Shown one piece after another: positions 17,033 to 27,088 of a stretch of DNA of 61,259 nt (position 1 is its first letter; each line of letters starts with the position of its first letter). The translations under genes were made by a program, and so were the position numbers. A model generated the notes under the pieces. That model saw nothing but the letters and a program-made list of their open reading frames with translations, made no database searches and had not been told where the DNA came from. Source of the stretch: a virus. Taxonomy: Duplodnaviria; Caudoviricetes. The stretch lies in the IMG/VR virus record IMGVR_UViG_3300042292_000556, positions 1 to 61,259 of that record; one strand, written 5' to 3'.

Positions 17033-17099
17033 TTATCTTGGTACAAAATGTTGGGTTTATACTTTATATATAAATCAAATATAATAAGCATATAAATTG

Positions 17100-17133
17100 A
17101 TAAAGGGGACCACATTACGTGAATCCCCTTTAT
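17100..17133. terminator. Bidirectional terminator between the convergent genome arms
   Basis: ATAAAGGGGA...TCCCCTTTAT inverted repeat with inner CAC/GTG stem. Confidence 0.75.
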
Positions 17134-17183
17134 TGGTTATTAGAACTTTTAGGTATGGTGCCTATTTATCTTTGTTCTTTTTA

Positions 17184-20100
17184 TTAACCCATTTTTCTTT
17201 TTCTTTTTTTCCTAAGAAGTTTTTTTCTTCTTTTTTCTTCTTTAATCTCTTTCCTATAAGCGGCTTTTTCTCCAATAGACATAGCCTTGTATTTTTCTTC
17301 TTCTATTCTTTTGTTTTCCGCTCTAGTTTCAATAGCTTTTTCAATACCCTCTTCTTTACGTTTTTCCTTAGCAGTTTCTTTAATGACTTCATTCTCTTCG
17401 TTCTTCACGTTAAGTTCCCAATCTTTCCATCCTAATGCTAATGCAGCTCTTTGAGTTTTGCTATTTCTTGAATCTATTACTTCAGATATATTATTAACTT
17501 TTTCAACAATTCTGTCTAATGGTAAATTTGTAGTTGCTACAGTAACATTACCTAATATTCTATAATTAGGTGCTAAATTTAATTTACCATCTCTTGTAAC
17601 TTCCCATCCTCGTTCAGCAATAACGTCTTTTTCAAACTTATTGATTCTAATTGCTCCATAAAGTTTTCTTGCTTTTGAACTTATTGGTGGAGATACACTT
17701 GTTAAAGCTAATACAGTATATGCGTGATCTGCAAACATTTCTTTTTCTTCTTGTTTGAAGTATTCCATTACTGTATTTTTTATAGTAGCAATAGCTGCTC
17801 CATATACACCCGAACCTCTTAATAAGGTATCAGCCATACCATTGATCATGTTCGTTATTTTATCTTCCTGTTTCTTCTTTAACTTCTCATATTCTTTTAA
17901 TTCCTCTTTAGTCATTTTAGAAGTGTCAGGCTCATCTTCATCATCGTAACCTAACGGTATAAACAATGCAGATTGTAAGGCCGAGAATAAAATATTTTGC
18001 AATGCTCCGTAGTATACAATTTTAGATACATTTGTTCTCCAGTTTCCACGTCTATTAACTAAGTCTAACGTAGCTTTTTTGATCAATCTATTATATTGCA
18101 TTGGAGTATTACCAAAAGCTAGTATAATACGTCCTAATGCAGTCGTTTGTTGTTTTGAAACGTACATCGGGTCGGCAGATTGCATTGACTGATCCGTTAT
18201 GATTGAAAAGTCATTGAATGCTTTCTCTTCTGCTTCTTGTACAGTATTACCCGCTTTCAAATATGTATTAACTCTATTTCTGTAAAATGTTGCACCACTC
18301 ACTGCAATAGAAAAACTATCTGCTGCTTGCGTAGGTGTAAAACCTATTTTTTGTAAATAAGATATAACTCCATAAAATTTATTTTTAGCAGTACTTGCAG
18401 CATTTGCAATCTCAGCTTGAGTAACATCGGCTTTTAATCCAGATCTTCTTTCTTTTAACTTATCAGAATTAATAATCATTGCAAAGTCTGTCCAATATTG
18501 TTTCTGGTTAAGGAAAGCTTTACCTGCTTTATATGGGTTATTATCATTCCAGTTTATAAAGTTAATTGCTGATATGGTTTGTAATAATGCTGATCTAGTA
18601 TTAAAGAACATAATTGCAGCAGTAGAACCATTAATCCAGTTCATCCAAACATTTGTTACTCTATCAGTACCTTCAGGCCTATTCTTTCCATTCTTCATTC
18701 TATATAAAGAATCTTCTAAAGCTTCTCTTACGTTCGTACCATATATAGATTGTATCTTGTTTAGGTTTTCTTTTGTAAATATTGCATCAGCATTCTCTAT
18801 AAACTCTTCAAGATATTTTTTTCTACCAGCTCCTTCTGTAATATTGTGAAGATCCGATATAATAGTTTCGCTATCCCAAGTAGTTGAAGGATCAATCCAT
18901 CCGCCATCTTGTCTACCGGTTATTGACAATGCGTTAGCAAAAGCCAATAGATCTGGGTTTTGTTTTACAAAATATAATAATTTGTTCTTATCAGTTCTTG
19001 ATAAACCCGGCACGTCTTTACCTGCAGAAGACCAAAGATAAACCCTAACAGCTTGATCATAAGTAAAACCTTTATCTGGAGTTAATTTCACAAGTTTCTT
19101 TTTAATATCAGGGAAGTTATCAAGCAACTTCTTATATTCTTTTCTAATAGACTGGCGTACAGAATCCAAAGTATTAATACCTTTTACATACGGGACAGTC
19201 AAATTCTTATCAAAGAATTCTTGATCTAACTCTCCTTGTTTACCTTTACCTGCAAACATATAAGTTGTTAAACCTCTAAAGTCATCAGCAGAAGGCGGAA
19301 CAAAGAATGATAATGTATTTTTCTTAATACCTGTTCTTTTAGCTACTACATCAGACACTTTTGTAAATGCAGCAACACCGGTGTTTCTCTCTAGTATATC
19401 ATTGAATTCAAAATCTAACGATTTGCTATACATTGTTCCTTTTGGTCTGTTGTTTTCAACAAACTCGTTTAATTGTTTTTCAGCAAACTTAACTGTTTCT
19501 AAATTTAAAGCATCATTTACAGCGGCCATTAATGGTTCACCTTCATTTTCGCGATCTTCAATTACATCAAAGGCATAGTCAACAGCTCTACCCATCTTAA
19601 CAATAATGTCATTTGGTAATATTCCCCAATAGTTTTCAATTTCTTTATTAAGATCATTTAATACATCAAATGATGTTTCTGCATTAATTCTTTTTAAATT
19701 GTTTGCATTTATAAAGTCAGATACTGTAGATATTGATTTGCTTAATTTGCTTTGAGATATATTATTTTCTAAAGATTTTGATAATGCTAATCCGCTTTTT
19801 ACATCAAATATATTTTGTACAGTTTTAGTATTTAATTGCTCTATATTTTGATTATTTTTGTTTTTAGTATAATCATCAATTAGCTTAATAGCATCAATAC
19901 TTTCTCCATTTGTTAATTTTATATTTTCATTAAAATTAATATAATTTCTAATTTGTACTGTGTTATTATTAGTTATTTGATATTCCGTTTTTATAGAAAA
20001 AAGATTATCCATAAAGTCGTCAGGTAAATTTTTAATGTTTTTAAATACATTTTCAAAATTATCCACATTACTATATCCTTTAAAAAAATCAAATACGGTA

Positions 20101-23100
20101 TTACGTATTGTTATAATATCTACTGGTTGTGATTTAATGTCATTAATTGCTTTTATCATATTTAACGGTACATTAGTATATCCAACGATATATCTATTAC
20201 CCATTTTTTTTCTAGCTTTTAAATCATTTAATTGTTCATCAGTAAGTTTAATATAACCAGCATCTGTTTTTTCACCAATTCCTTCCCCTATAAAATTATA
20301 TAATGACTGTTTTTGGCTTTTGATTTTTTCAATAAATGTTTTAGAATTTTCTGATAAATTAAATCTGTCAAATACTCCTTCTGAAATTTTATTTTCAAAT
20401 GAGTTTGCCATAAATGAGCCTAAAGGTACACCTGAATCAGCTTTCTTTTTAGCTTCTATATATACACGAAGTATTGAATTTTTTAATTTTATAGCAATGT
20501 CGGCTATATAAGGATTTGTACCACCTGCTAGTTTTATAGTAAACTTAGAATTAACTCCAGACCCTAATTGTTTTTTTATAAAAGCGGCTTGTACTATTTC
20601 ATAAGCTCTCCATTGTAAACCTTTTATTGTGTTAATTCTTTTTTCAATAAGGTCTCTTAAAATATTAAATTCATCATCATCTTTAAATTTATTTAATTGA
20701 TAAGTTACCGAATTAACTAATTTATTATTATTTACGTCTTTACTTAGTTTATTAAATAATTCATATAATCTTTTAACATCTTTTGATTGTGAATATTTGA
20801 TATTACCCCTTTCAGCTAATCTGTTAAATTCTTGTACAATTACTTTATCTAATTCCGCTCCTAATATTTCTTGATTTTTTTCTAATGCTTGATATATAAT
20901 GCCTTCATTAGCCATATCATCAGAAATTAAATCAAATGCTAATTCCTCACTTATCGCTTTTGCTAATGATTCTTTTCTACCTCTTAATGGTAATCCTGTA
21001 ACTGGATCTATAATAGATTCTAAAAATACTTCATCAGAAACATTATTAGCTACATTTGGTAATCTTCTAACTAATTCAGCTCCAGATGTTCTACCAGCTA
21101 AATCAGTGCTAACCGATTCTCTATCTATTTTTTTACCAACCCAATCAGGGAAATTAACAAATTTACCGTTAACACTTTTTTGAACAGCAAAAGGCATACC
21201 TCCAGAAACGGTTTTGCCGTTATCCTTGCCCATCAACCACGTTGTAGTCATGTTCTCAAGTATTGTTTTTTTGTTTGTTAATAAAAACTTTTTAAGTTGA
21301 CCATCTTCTTTGCCCCCCATCGCTTTTTTAATATCAATGTCTGCTTGTTTACCAATCTCAGTACGTATCTCATTAATTATAGGAGCCGTTGTTCTATTAA
21401 GAGTAGTTTTTTCGTCAATTCTAGATTTCAATGTTCTTATTATAGGCAATATTTTTGCTTGAACATCTACAATTACTTCAGGTGAAAATACACCAGACTC
21501 TAAAATGTTTTGATACTTTTTTCTTTCTGGTAATGTTGGTGTTTTTACTTCAACATCTTCATTCGAAAGTTTAGTCATCTCAGTAACATCTTCTGTAAAT
21601 ACAACATCAGCTACTTGACCAGATTTTAATGCAGCCTTCATTCTATTTGCTAGCTGAGCATTTATATATCCATATAAACTATCATTCTTGGAAGGATCAA
21701 ATTTCTGTATATAGGGTAGCATTGATACTTTTACATAACTAGTCATTTCTTCCATGCTAAAACCGTCTAACCCTCCTTTGTTTTTGTTGGTAAGATCAAT
21801 GATTGTACCATTAGAAGTTCTATAGTTCCTAGATTTAACTTTAACCATCTTGTCTAGCTCATCGTAAATTGCTGGATTGTTTGGATTAAATCCTTTTGGA
21901 TCATTACCAATTGCATCTAATTTAGCTTTTGCTTTTGCAGCTGCTTCACTTATTTCAGTTGGCTCTTTTTGTGTTGTATCTTTTTTAGTTACTTCTTTTT
22001 TAACAACTTTCTTTTCTTCTTCGTATGTTCTTTTAGATTCTTCAAACTCTTCTTGTTCAAGTTTTTCCATTTCTGATTCATACTTGTCCCAATCAATTTC
22101 ATTATTAGATAATTGTAAATCTAACTTTTCCATTCTTTCTTCAATAGACTTTGAAAATGCAGGTGATATTGGTCCTTTTTTTGTTTCAGAAACCAATTTA
22201 CCTTTTGCAGCAGAAGTAAATAGTTTTTTTATTGCTTTATTATCAGTTCCGCCTTTTTGTATAGAAGCATTATAGTCACGTATAAAATTGAATACGTCAC
22301 GCCCTGAATCAAATGTTATATCAATTAATCCTAGATCTTGAAGATATCTTCTAATAGTATCACCCAACTTTGTAAAGAATGATTCATTATATTTTACATT
22401 GCCGGTTAGGAGGGCATCGGAAAAAATTGTTAATAATTCTTCATTTTTAATTCCTTCGCTTTTATCACCATAATTACCTTCAAGTCTAATTAAAACTTTT
22501 TCATTCAAATATAATTCAGGATTTGAAGATAATAAATAGTTTCTTAATTGTTTTCCTAATTCAATTTGAGTATCAACATTACTTAATGTTTTCTCCATTA
22601 ATTTATGAAGAAATTCATGAGACCCAACAGAAACAGCTTTTTGCTTTATTGCTTGTCTTTTGTTTATTACAATATAACTTTTACCGGTTTTATCATTTGT
22701 TATTATACCTCCATCTGCTCCTTTGAAACCAGATATATTTGCTTCTTCAGCTGTTACTAATTTTTGTTGAACTAAACCTTTTAATTTTGTTCTAGCTTCA
22801 GTTAAATTATTAGCTAATATTACTTCTACATTAGCGCTTTCCCCTAACTTTTTTGCTGCATCAAGATTTTCTTGAAACTCTTTTTCTCTAACTTCACCTA
22901 AATCAATTCCCTCTTTTTTATAAATATTTTTTGTTTGGAGTTCTATTTTCTTAAGCACGGTCTTTTTTTCATCCTCATTAAGATCAGGATTAAAAGATGT
23001 CTCTACTCTTTTAGAATTTAAGTCTATTAATTGAGCTCTGCTTATAGGAGATAATGGCTGACCAAACGTTCTAACATTTTCAATACCGCTTGTTAATGTA

Positions 23101-25664
23101 TTTAACTTAGTTTGTTCTATAACATAATTCCTTTTAAGAACTTCTAAATCTACTTCTTTTGATTTTGAATCGGACTCGTTAATGGCATTGGCTTTATTAA
23201 TAAAATCAGCCATTTTAGAAACCGATTTATTAATAGAATTAAATGTATCAATAGGCATTGCATCAATATCAGAAATGGTTTTTTCTAATAAAGTTGTACT
23301 TTCGGCCTTTAATATGGATTCTTTTTTAACTAAAGCTTCTTGTTGTACGCTAGATAAGTCTTTATTAAATTCAAGTTCATGTAATATAGCGGCTAATCCC
23401 CTTGCATTGTCGCTAAGTTTTTGAGCAGTAGTTTTACTCATAAACGGTCTTATAATAGCTCCACCTATTAAAGGAACTCCAGCTAATACAGTAGTAAGCG
23501 TGCCGGCATCTTTAATTGTGGCTTCTGTATTATCTAATAAGTTTACCTCTTTACCAAGCACAAATTTATCAAGGATATTATGCCCAACAGTAGTCAGTAC
23601 TTCAGACGGAACTTCTTCTGCGTATGCCTCTCCTAAATTTATACCAGCTTGTTTAGCGAATTTTTTACCAGTGGCCACTTCAAAATCAAACCATTTTCCA
23701 GGTTCTTTTTTTGCAACATTCATAAAAAATCCTCTACCTTTTTCTAATATTTTACCAGTAGACTTTTCAAATACACCTTCAACATACCCAAATGCAGCGG
23801 GAGCAACAATTAATTGCATTGCATTATAATTTGGCTTTACAAAAACACCATCTTCTGTATAATATCCATTACGCTCTTCATTAACCATGTCAAGATATTT
23901 ACTTCCTGTTGCAACCGCAGCCATACTAGCTGTTTGACGATTAAGAGTTAAATAATCTTTAGCAAACTTACCAGTTTTAGCTAATAATGATTTAGAAGTT
24001 GAAGCAACTACTTGTTCTCCAGCGCTTCCTCCTCGTGTTAATATCATTAATGCTATGTTTGGAGCCTGTGTTATTAATAAATCACCTACTTTTTCAAAAT
24101 TTGCTTCTATCCCTCCTTCTCTTGGTTTTGCATAATTATAAGTAAGTTCTTCTTCATATCTTTCTTTATTTTCTGCCAATGCAGTATTTATTGCTGTAAA
24201 CGGATTTTCAATTCCAGTAATTTCTTTAATATTTAAAGCATCATATACCATTTCAGTTGGCTTATAGGTGTATGAAGCAAAACCTAGTAAGTCATTTGCT
24301 GCCATCTTAAAATTAGTAGCAATTTTTTGCCCTACGCCAGACCAAGAATAGTCCCTGCTAAACATATCACTTTGCAAGTCTAAGTCATCTATGTTTTTTG
24401 ATGAAGCAACTATTTTTTTAGAAGTTTCATTCCTTAATTCAGAAAGATCATCCAAATCTTTAATTAAAGTATTTTTTTTTGTTATAAGATCATTTTCAAT
24501 ATTTATTTCGTCTTGTGTTTGAAATTTATATCCTTTCGGTTTTAGTTTTTCATTAATCTTATTTATATCATTAATATTTTTTTCAATACTCTTTTCGATG
24601 CCATCTTTAAATATAGTATTTTTTACGTAGTCAAGTTCTTCTTTACCTTTGGTTTTTACAGTATAATTGTTTACTATTTCCTTTGCTGTTTCACTTATAT
24701 TTGTAGTGTCTTCTAAAGCATCTCTAAATTTACTTTCTTGTATTTTTTTTATATTTTCCGCTTTCCATAATTCAGCAGCTTGTTGCAATATTTCGTCTTC
24801 TGAAAATTTATTAAGTAAATTTTTAGATTTTAATTGTGCTTTTATTTTTTTAACTTGTTCTGGAAATGCTTGATATTTTTCTTTAACAGCATTAAGTCCA
24901 AGTGCTGTTGGCGACTCTTTTGCCATTAAACCATAATTATCACCTCCAGTATTGGTTACTTGTTGTACTGTATTATTTTTAGCTATCTCTAAATTTATAA
25001 ATTCATCTAAGCCTAGTACTTCCTCGTCAGTTACTTTAGCTGCAGTTTTTGCGTCTTCATACCATTTCTTTGCTTCGTCATTATTTTTTAAAGCAAGGCG
25101 GGACATTCTTGCCTCAAATGTAATTTTTTCTTCTTCTAATTGTTTTGCTTTTTCTGCTTCTTTTTTCTTAGCTTCTTTAAAAGCAGCATTACCAAAACTT
25201 CCTTCAACTGAATTAGGATCTGCCCCTGCTGTCATTACTTGTACTAATTGCCCAAAAATTTCAAATTGTTTATCCTCCTCTTTTTTGCGCTTTTCTTCCT
25301 CTTTTTTTTCAGCCGCTTTTTTTGCTTGAGCTTTTTCAGCAGCTTTTTTAGTCTCTTCACCAGTTTTAAAATTAGCTAATTGATCACCCTTAATACTTGA
25401 TTTATTTGCAGGATCCCATGGATATTTTTTATTACCACTCGATGCCGATGAAGACTTTTTTGAAGATGAAACCGATTTTGTTTTTGTTGGTGCAACAGTT
25501 TGTTTCTTTACAGTTACACCCTGAGTCTTTCCCGGCTTCTCTCCTTCTAAAGACAATTCATTGTCAGCTAATATTTTATCAACATCTACTCCATTTTCTA
25601 AAGCAGCTGCATCAATTTCTTCTTGTGTAAAAATATCTCCTAATTTGTTTATATAATTAGCCAT
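17184..25664 (-). CDS. Giant putative virion ejection/polyvalent protein (zincin, sigma-70 region-2-like and PD-(D/E)xK-like modules)
   Basis: 2826 aa at the end of the tail module; HEFLH...EE at aa 1016, KFDPSK..SLYGYI near aa 1321, ADI...IEAK at aa 1722-1739. Confidence 0.75.
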   Translation of the reverse strand: MANYINKLGDIFTQEEIDAAALENGVDVDKILADNELSLEGEKPGKTQGVTVKKQTVAPTKTKSVSSSKKSSSASSGNKKYPWDPANKSSIKGDQLANFKTGEETKKAAEKAQAKKAAEKKEEEKRKKEEDKQFEIFGQLVQVMTAGADPNSVEGSFGNAAFKEAKKKEAEKAKQLEEEKITFEARMSRLALKNNDEAKKWYEDAKTAAKVTDEEVLGLDEFINLEIAKNNTVQQVTNTGGDNYGLMAKESPTALGLNAVKEKYQAFPEQVKKIKAQLKSKNLLNKFSEDEILQQAAELWKAENIKKIQESKFRDALEDTTNISETAKEIVNNYTVKTKGKEELDYVKNTIFKDGIEKSIEKNINDINKINEKLKPKGYKFQTQDEINIENDLITKKNTLIKDLDDLSELRNETSKKIVASSKNIDDLDLQSDMFSRDYSWSGVGQKIATNFKMAANDLLGFASYTYKPTEMVYDALNIKEITGIENPFTAINTALAENKERYEEELTYNYAKPREGGIEANFEKVGDLLITQAPNIALMILTRGGSAGEQVVASTSKSLLAKTGKFAKDYLTLNRQTASMAAVATGSKYLDMVNEERNGYYTEDGVFVKPNYNAMQLIVAPAAFGYVEGVFEKSTGKILEKGRGFFMNVAKKEPGKWFDFEVATGKKFAKQAGINLGEAYAEEVPSEVLTTVGHNILDKFVLGKEVNLLDNTEATIKDAGTLTTVLAGVPLIGGAIIRPFMSKTTAQKLSDNARGLAAILHELEFNKDLSSVQQEALVKKESILKAESTTLLEKTISDIDAMPIDTFNSINKSVSKMADFINKANAINESDSKSKEVDLEVLKRNYVIEQTKLNTLTSGIENVRTFGQPLSPISRAQLIDLNSKRVETSFNPDLNEDEKKTVLKKIELQTKNIYKKEGIDLGEVREKEFQENLDAAKKLGESANVEVILANNLTEARTKLKGLVQQKLVTAEEANISGFKGADGGIITNDKTGKSYIVINKRQAIKQKAVSVGSHEFLHKLMEKTLSNVDTQIELGKQLRNYLLSSNPELYLNEKVLIRLEGNYGDKSEGIKNEELLTIFSDALLTGNVKYNESFFTKLGDTIRRYLQDLGLIDITFDSGRDVFNFIRDYNASIQKGGTDNKAIKKLFTSAAKGKLVSETKKGPISPAFSKSIEERMEKLDLQLSNNEIDWDKYESEMEKLEQEEFEESKRTYEEEKKVVKKEVTKKDTTQKEPTEISEAAAKAKAKLDAIGNDPKGFNPNNPAIYDELDKMVKVKSRNYRTSNGTIIDLTNKNKGGLDGFSMEEMTSYVKVSMLPYIQKFDPSKNDSLYGYINAQLANRMKAALKSGQVADVVFTEDVTEMTKLSNEDVEVKTPTLPERKKYQNILESGVFSPEVIVDVQAKILPIIRTLKSRIDEKTTLNRTTAPIINEIRTEIGKQADIDIKKAMGGKEDGQLKKFLLTNKKTILENMTTTWLMGKDNGKTVSGGMPFAVQKSVNGKFVNFPDWVGKKIDRESVSTDLAGRTSGAELVRRLPNVANNVSDEVFLESIIDPVTGLPLRGRKESLAKAISEELAFDLISDDMANEGIIYQALEKNQEILGAELDKVIVQEFNRLAERGNIKYSQSKDVKRLYELFNKLSKDVNNNKLVNSVTYQLNKFKDDDEFNILRDLIEKRINTIKGLQWRAYEIVQAAFIKKQLGSGVNSKFTIKLAGGTNPYIADIAIKLKNSILRVYIEAKKKADSGVPLGSFMANSFENKISEGVFDRFNLSENSKTFIEKIKSQKQSLYNFIGEGIGEKTDAGYIKLTDEQLNDLKARKKMGNRYIVGYTNVPLNMIKAINDIKSQPVDIITIRNTVFDFFKGYSNVDNFENVFKNIKNLPDDFMDNLFSIKTEYQITNNNTVQIRNYINFNENIKLTNGESIDAIKLIDDYTKNKNNQNIEQLNTKTVQNIFDVKSGLALSKSLENNISQSKLSKSISTVSDFINANNLKRINAETSFDVLNDLNKEIENYWGILPNDIIVKMGRAVDYAFDVIEDRENEGEPLMAAVNDALNLETVKFAEKQLNEFVENNRPKGTMYSKSLDFEFNDILERNTGVAAFTKVSDVVAKRTGIKKNTLSFFVPPSADDFRGLTTYMFAGKGKQGELDQEFFDKNLTVPYVKGINTLDSVRQSIRKEYKKLLDNFPDIKKKLVKLTPDKGFTYDQAVRVYLWSSAGKDVPGLSRTDKNKLLYFVKQNPDLLAFANALSITGRQDGGWIDPSTTWDSETIISDLHNITEGAGRKKYLEEFIENADAIFTKENLNKIQSIYGTNVREALEDSLYRMKNGKNRPEGTDRVTNVWMNWINGSTAAIMFFNTRSALLQTISAINFINWNDNNPYKAGKAFLNQKQYWTDFAMIINSDKLKERRSGLKADVTQAEIANAASTAKNKFYGVISYLQKIGFTPTQAADSFSIAVSGATFYRNRVNTYLKAGNTVQEAEEKAFNDFSIITDQSMQSADPMYVSKQQTTALGRIILAFGNTPMQYNRLIKKATLDLVNRRGNWRTNVSKIVYYGALQNILFSALQSALFIPLGYDDEDEPDTSKMTKEELKEYEKLKKKQEDKITNMINGMADTLLRGSGVYGAAIATIKNTVMEYFKQEEKEMFADHAYTVLALTSVSPPISSKARKLYGAIRINKFEKDVIAERGWEVTRDGKLNLAPNYRILGNVTVATTNLPLDRIVEKVNNISEVIDSRNSKTQRAALALGWKDWELNVKNEENEVIKETAKEKRKEEGIEKAIETRAENKRIEEEKYKAMSIGEKAAYRKEIKEEKRRKKLLRKKRKRKMG

Positions 25665-25678
25665 ATAGTATTATTTAA

Positions 25679-27088
25679 TTATTTATTTACTGTTAAAATT
25701 CCATTTGCTGGTAAACCTAAATATATTCTAGCTTCTTTCAAAGTTAAAGGTTTCTCACTAACCTTGTCTTCATCTTCATCAACTTTATATAGTTTACCAT
25801 CAGCCCCTACTTTTACATATCTAGACCCACTTGTAGAAGGGAATAAAGAGCCAGGAGAGGTATAATTACTGTTTAAATTTTCGCTTAATATATTTTTTGA
25901 TGTTTTTTCTTTTTCTGCTTTTTCTTTTGGTTTTGATGAATTTGCACCTTTTGGTTTAACAGCTTCTGTCTTTCTGGTCTCTTCTATAACTCTTTCAGGT
26001 GATTCATCATCTTCTGTTTTAGGTATAGTTTTAATTAAAGCATCTGCAATGAACTCTCTAACTCTCTGAGTACGTTCAGGTGATAAATCAGTATATAAAT
26101 CTGCAAGATCATCTCCATTACCAACTACATAGTGATTGTAAATAGCTTGAATACTGCCTTCTTTAGCTAACCCGGCTATGGAGGCATCAATTTGCATAGA
26201 TAAAGCAGCCTTCACTTTTTCAGCATCTGGTTCTAAATAATTCTTTTTAATAACTGTATAAACGTCCTTATCAGCTTTATTATTTGTTACAGTAGATTTG
26301 TTTACTTCCTTCTTAGTTTGCTCCACAGAAGTGGTATAATCCCTTAACAAATTACCTTTACCATCAAATACACTTGGATTACTTTTCATTAAATTTTCAA
26401 TAATACCAGTCATTGGTTTTATTATTTTTAATCCACCATTTTCGTCCAACATTTTGTTTATTTGATCGCTAGTCTTCCAACCCGTTAATTCTGTATATCC
26501 AAAAGGCTCATTCTCACCTTCGTTCATCATTCCGCTATAAAATTTTATTCTTGGCTCGTAATTGTTTTCAAAATCATAATCTAACTCTATTTTTCCCGGA
26601 GACAAATTTCCAGCAACCGCCATTGAATGCATAAGGGTCGGATCATTTTGCATAGAAAATCCACCAGTCATACCTATATTAGATATATTTTTAGAATATC
26701 CTTCTCCCAAAGACGCTATGTTCTGTACTAACCCAGATGTTTTCTCGATTGCTGCTAATATATTTTGTTCTTTTAAACGATCTTCTGCTATATTTTTACT
26801 TTTGCCAAAAGCAATATCTTTTTGAATTCTTTCGTATTCAGCAAGTAATGGCTCACATGCTTTTTGTACATTTATAGATGGATTTAATTTTTGTGCTTTA
26901 CTAGAAAAAGATCTAGCTTTAGCCATATTTATATCAATACCTTCCTTAAGCTTTTGATTTTTTTTCCCAATCTCAATAAAGGCATTGGTCATTTGTCTAG
27001 AAGTGGCATTTATGTTTTCTTGTAAATCTCTCCAATGTTGTCCTGACTGTGTGTCCACTAATATTTCTGGATTTGAGTACGCTCCCAT
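25679..27088 (-). CDS. Putative ejection/internal virion protein
   Basis: 469 aa; lies between the tail genes and the giant protein. Confidence 0.55.
   Translation of the reverse strand: MGAYSNPEILVDTQSGQHWRDLQENINATSRQMTNAFIEIGKKNQKLKEGIDINMAKARSFSSKAQKLNPSINVQKACEPLLAEYERIQKDIAFGKSKNIAEDRLKEQNILAAIEKTSGLVQNIASLGEGYSKNISNIGMTGGFSMQNDPTLMHSMAVAGNLSPGKIELDYDFENNYEPRIKFYSGMMNEGENEPFGYTELTGWKTSDQINKMLDENGGLKIIKPMTGIIENLMKSNPSVFDGKGNLLRDYTTSVEQTKKEVNKSTVTNNKADKDVYTVIKKNYLEPDAEKVKAALSMQIDASIAGLAKEGSIQAIYNHYVVGNGDDLADLYTDLSPERTQRVREFIADALIKTIPKTEDDESPERVIEETRKTEAVKPKGANSSKPKEKAEKEKTSKNILSENLNSNYTSPGSLFPSTSGSRYVKVGADGKLYKVDEDEDKVSEKPLTLKEARIYLGLPANGILTVNK

Noticed and set aside
17097-17435. Phe-rich + strand ORF and the many other antisense ORFs within long genes
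   Set aside because: Shadow frames of Lys/Glu-rich genes on the opposite strand
17184-25664. Giant protein as a crAss-type virion RNA polymerase
   Set aside because: I found no DxDxD catalytic motif by eye; the recognisable motifs are zincin, sigma-2-like and nuclease-like. A structure search should confirm this
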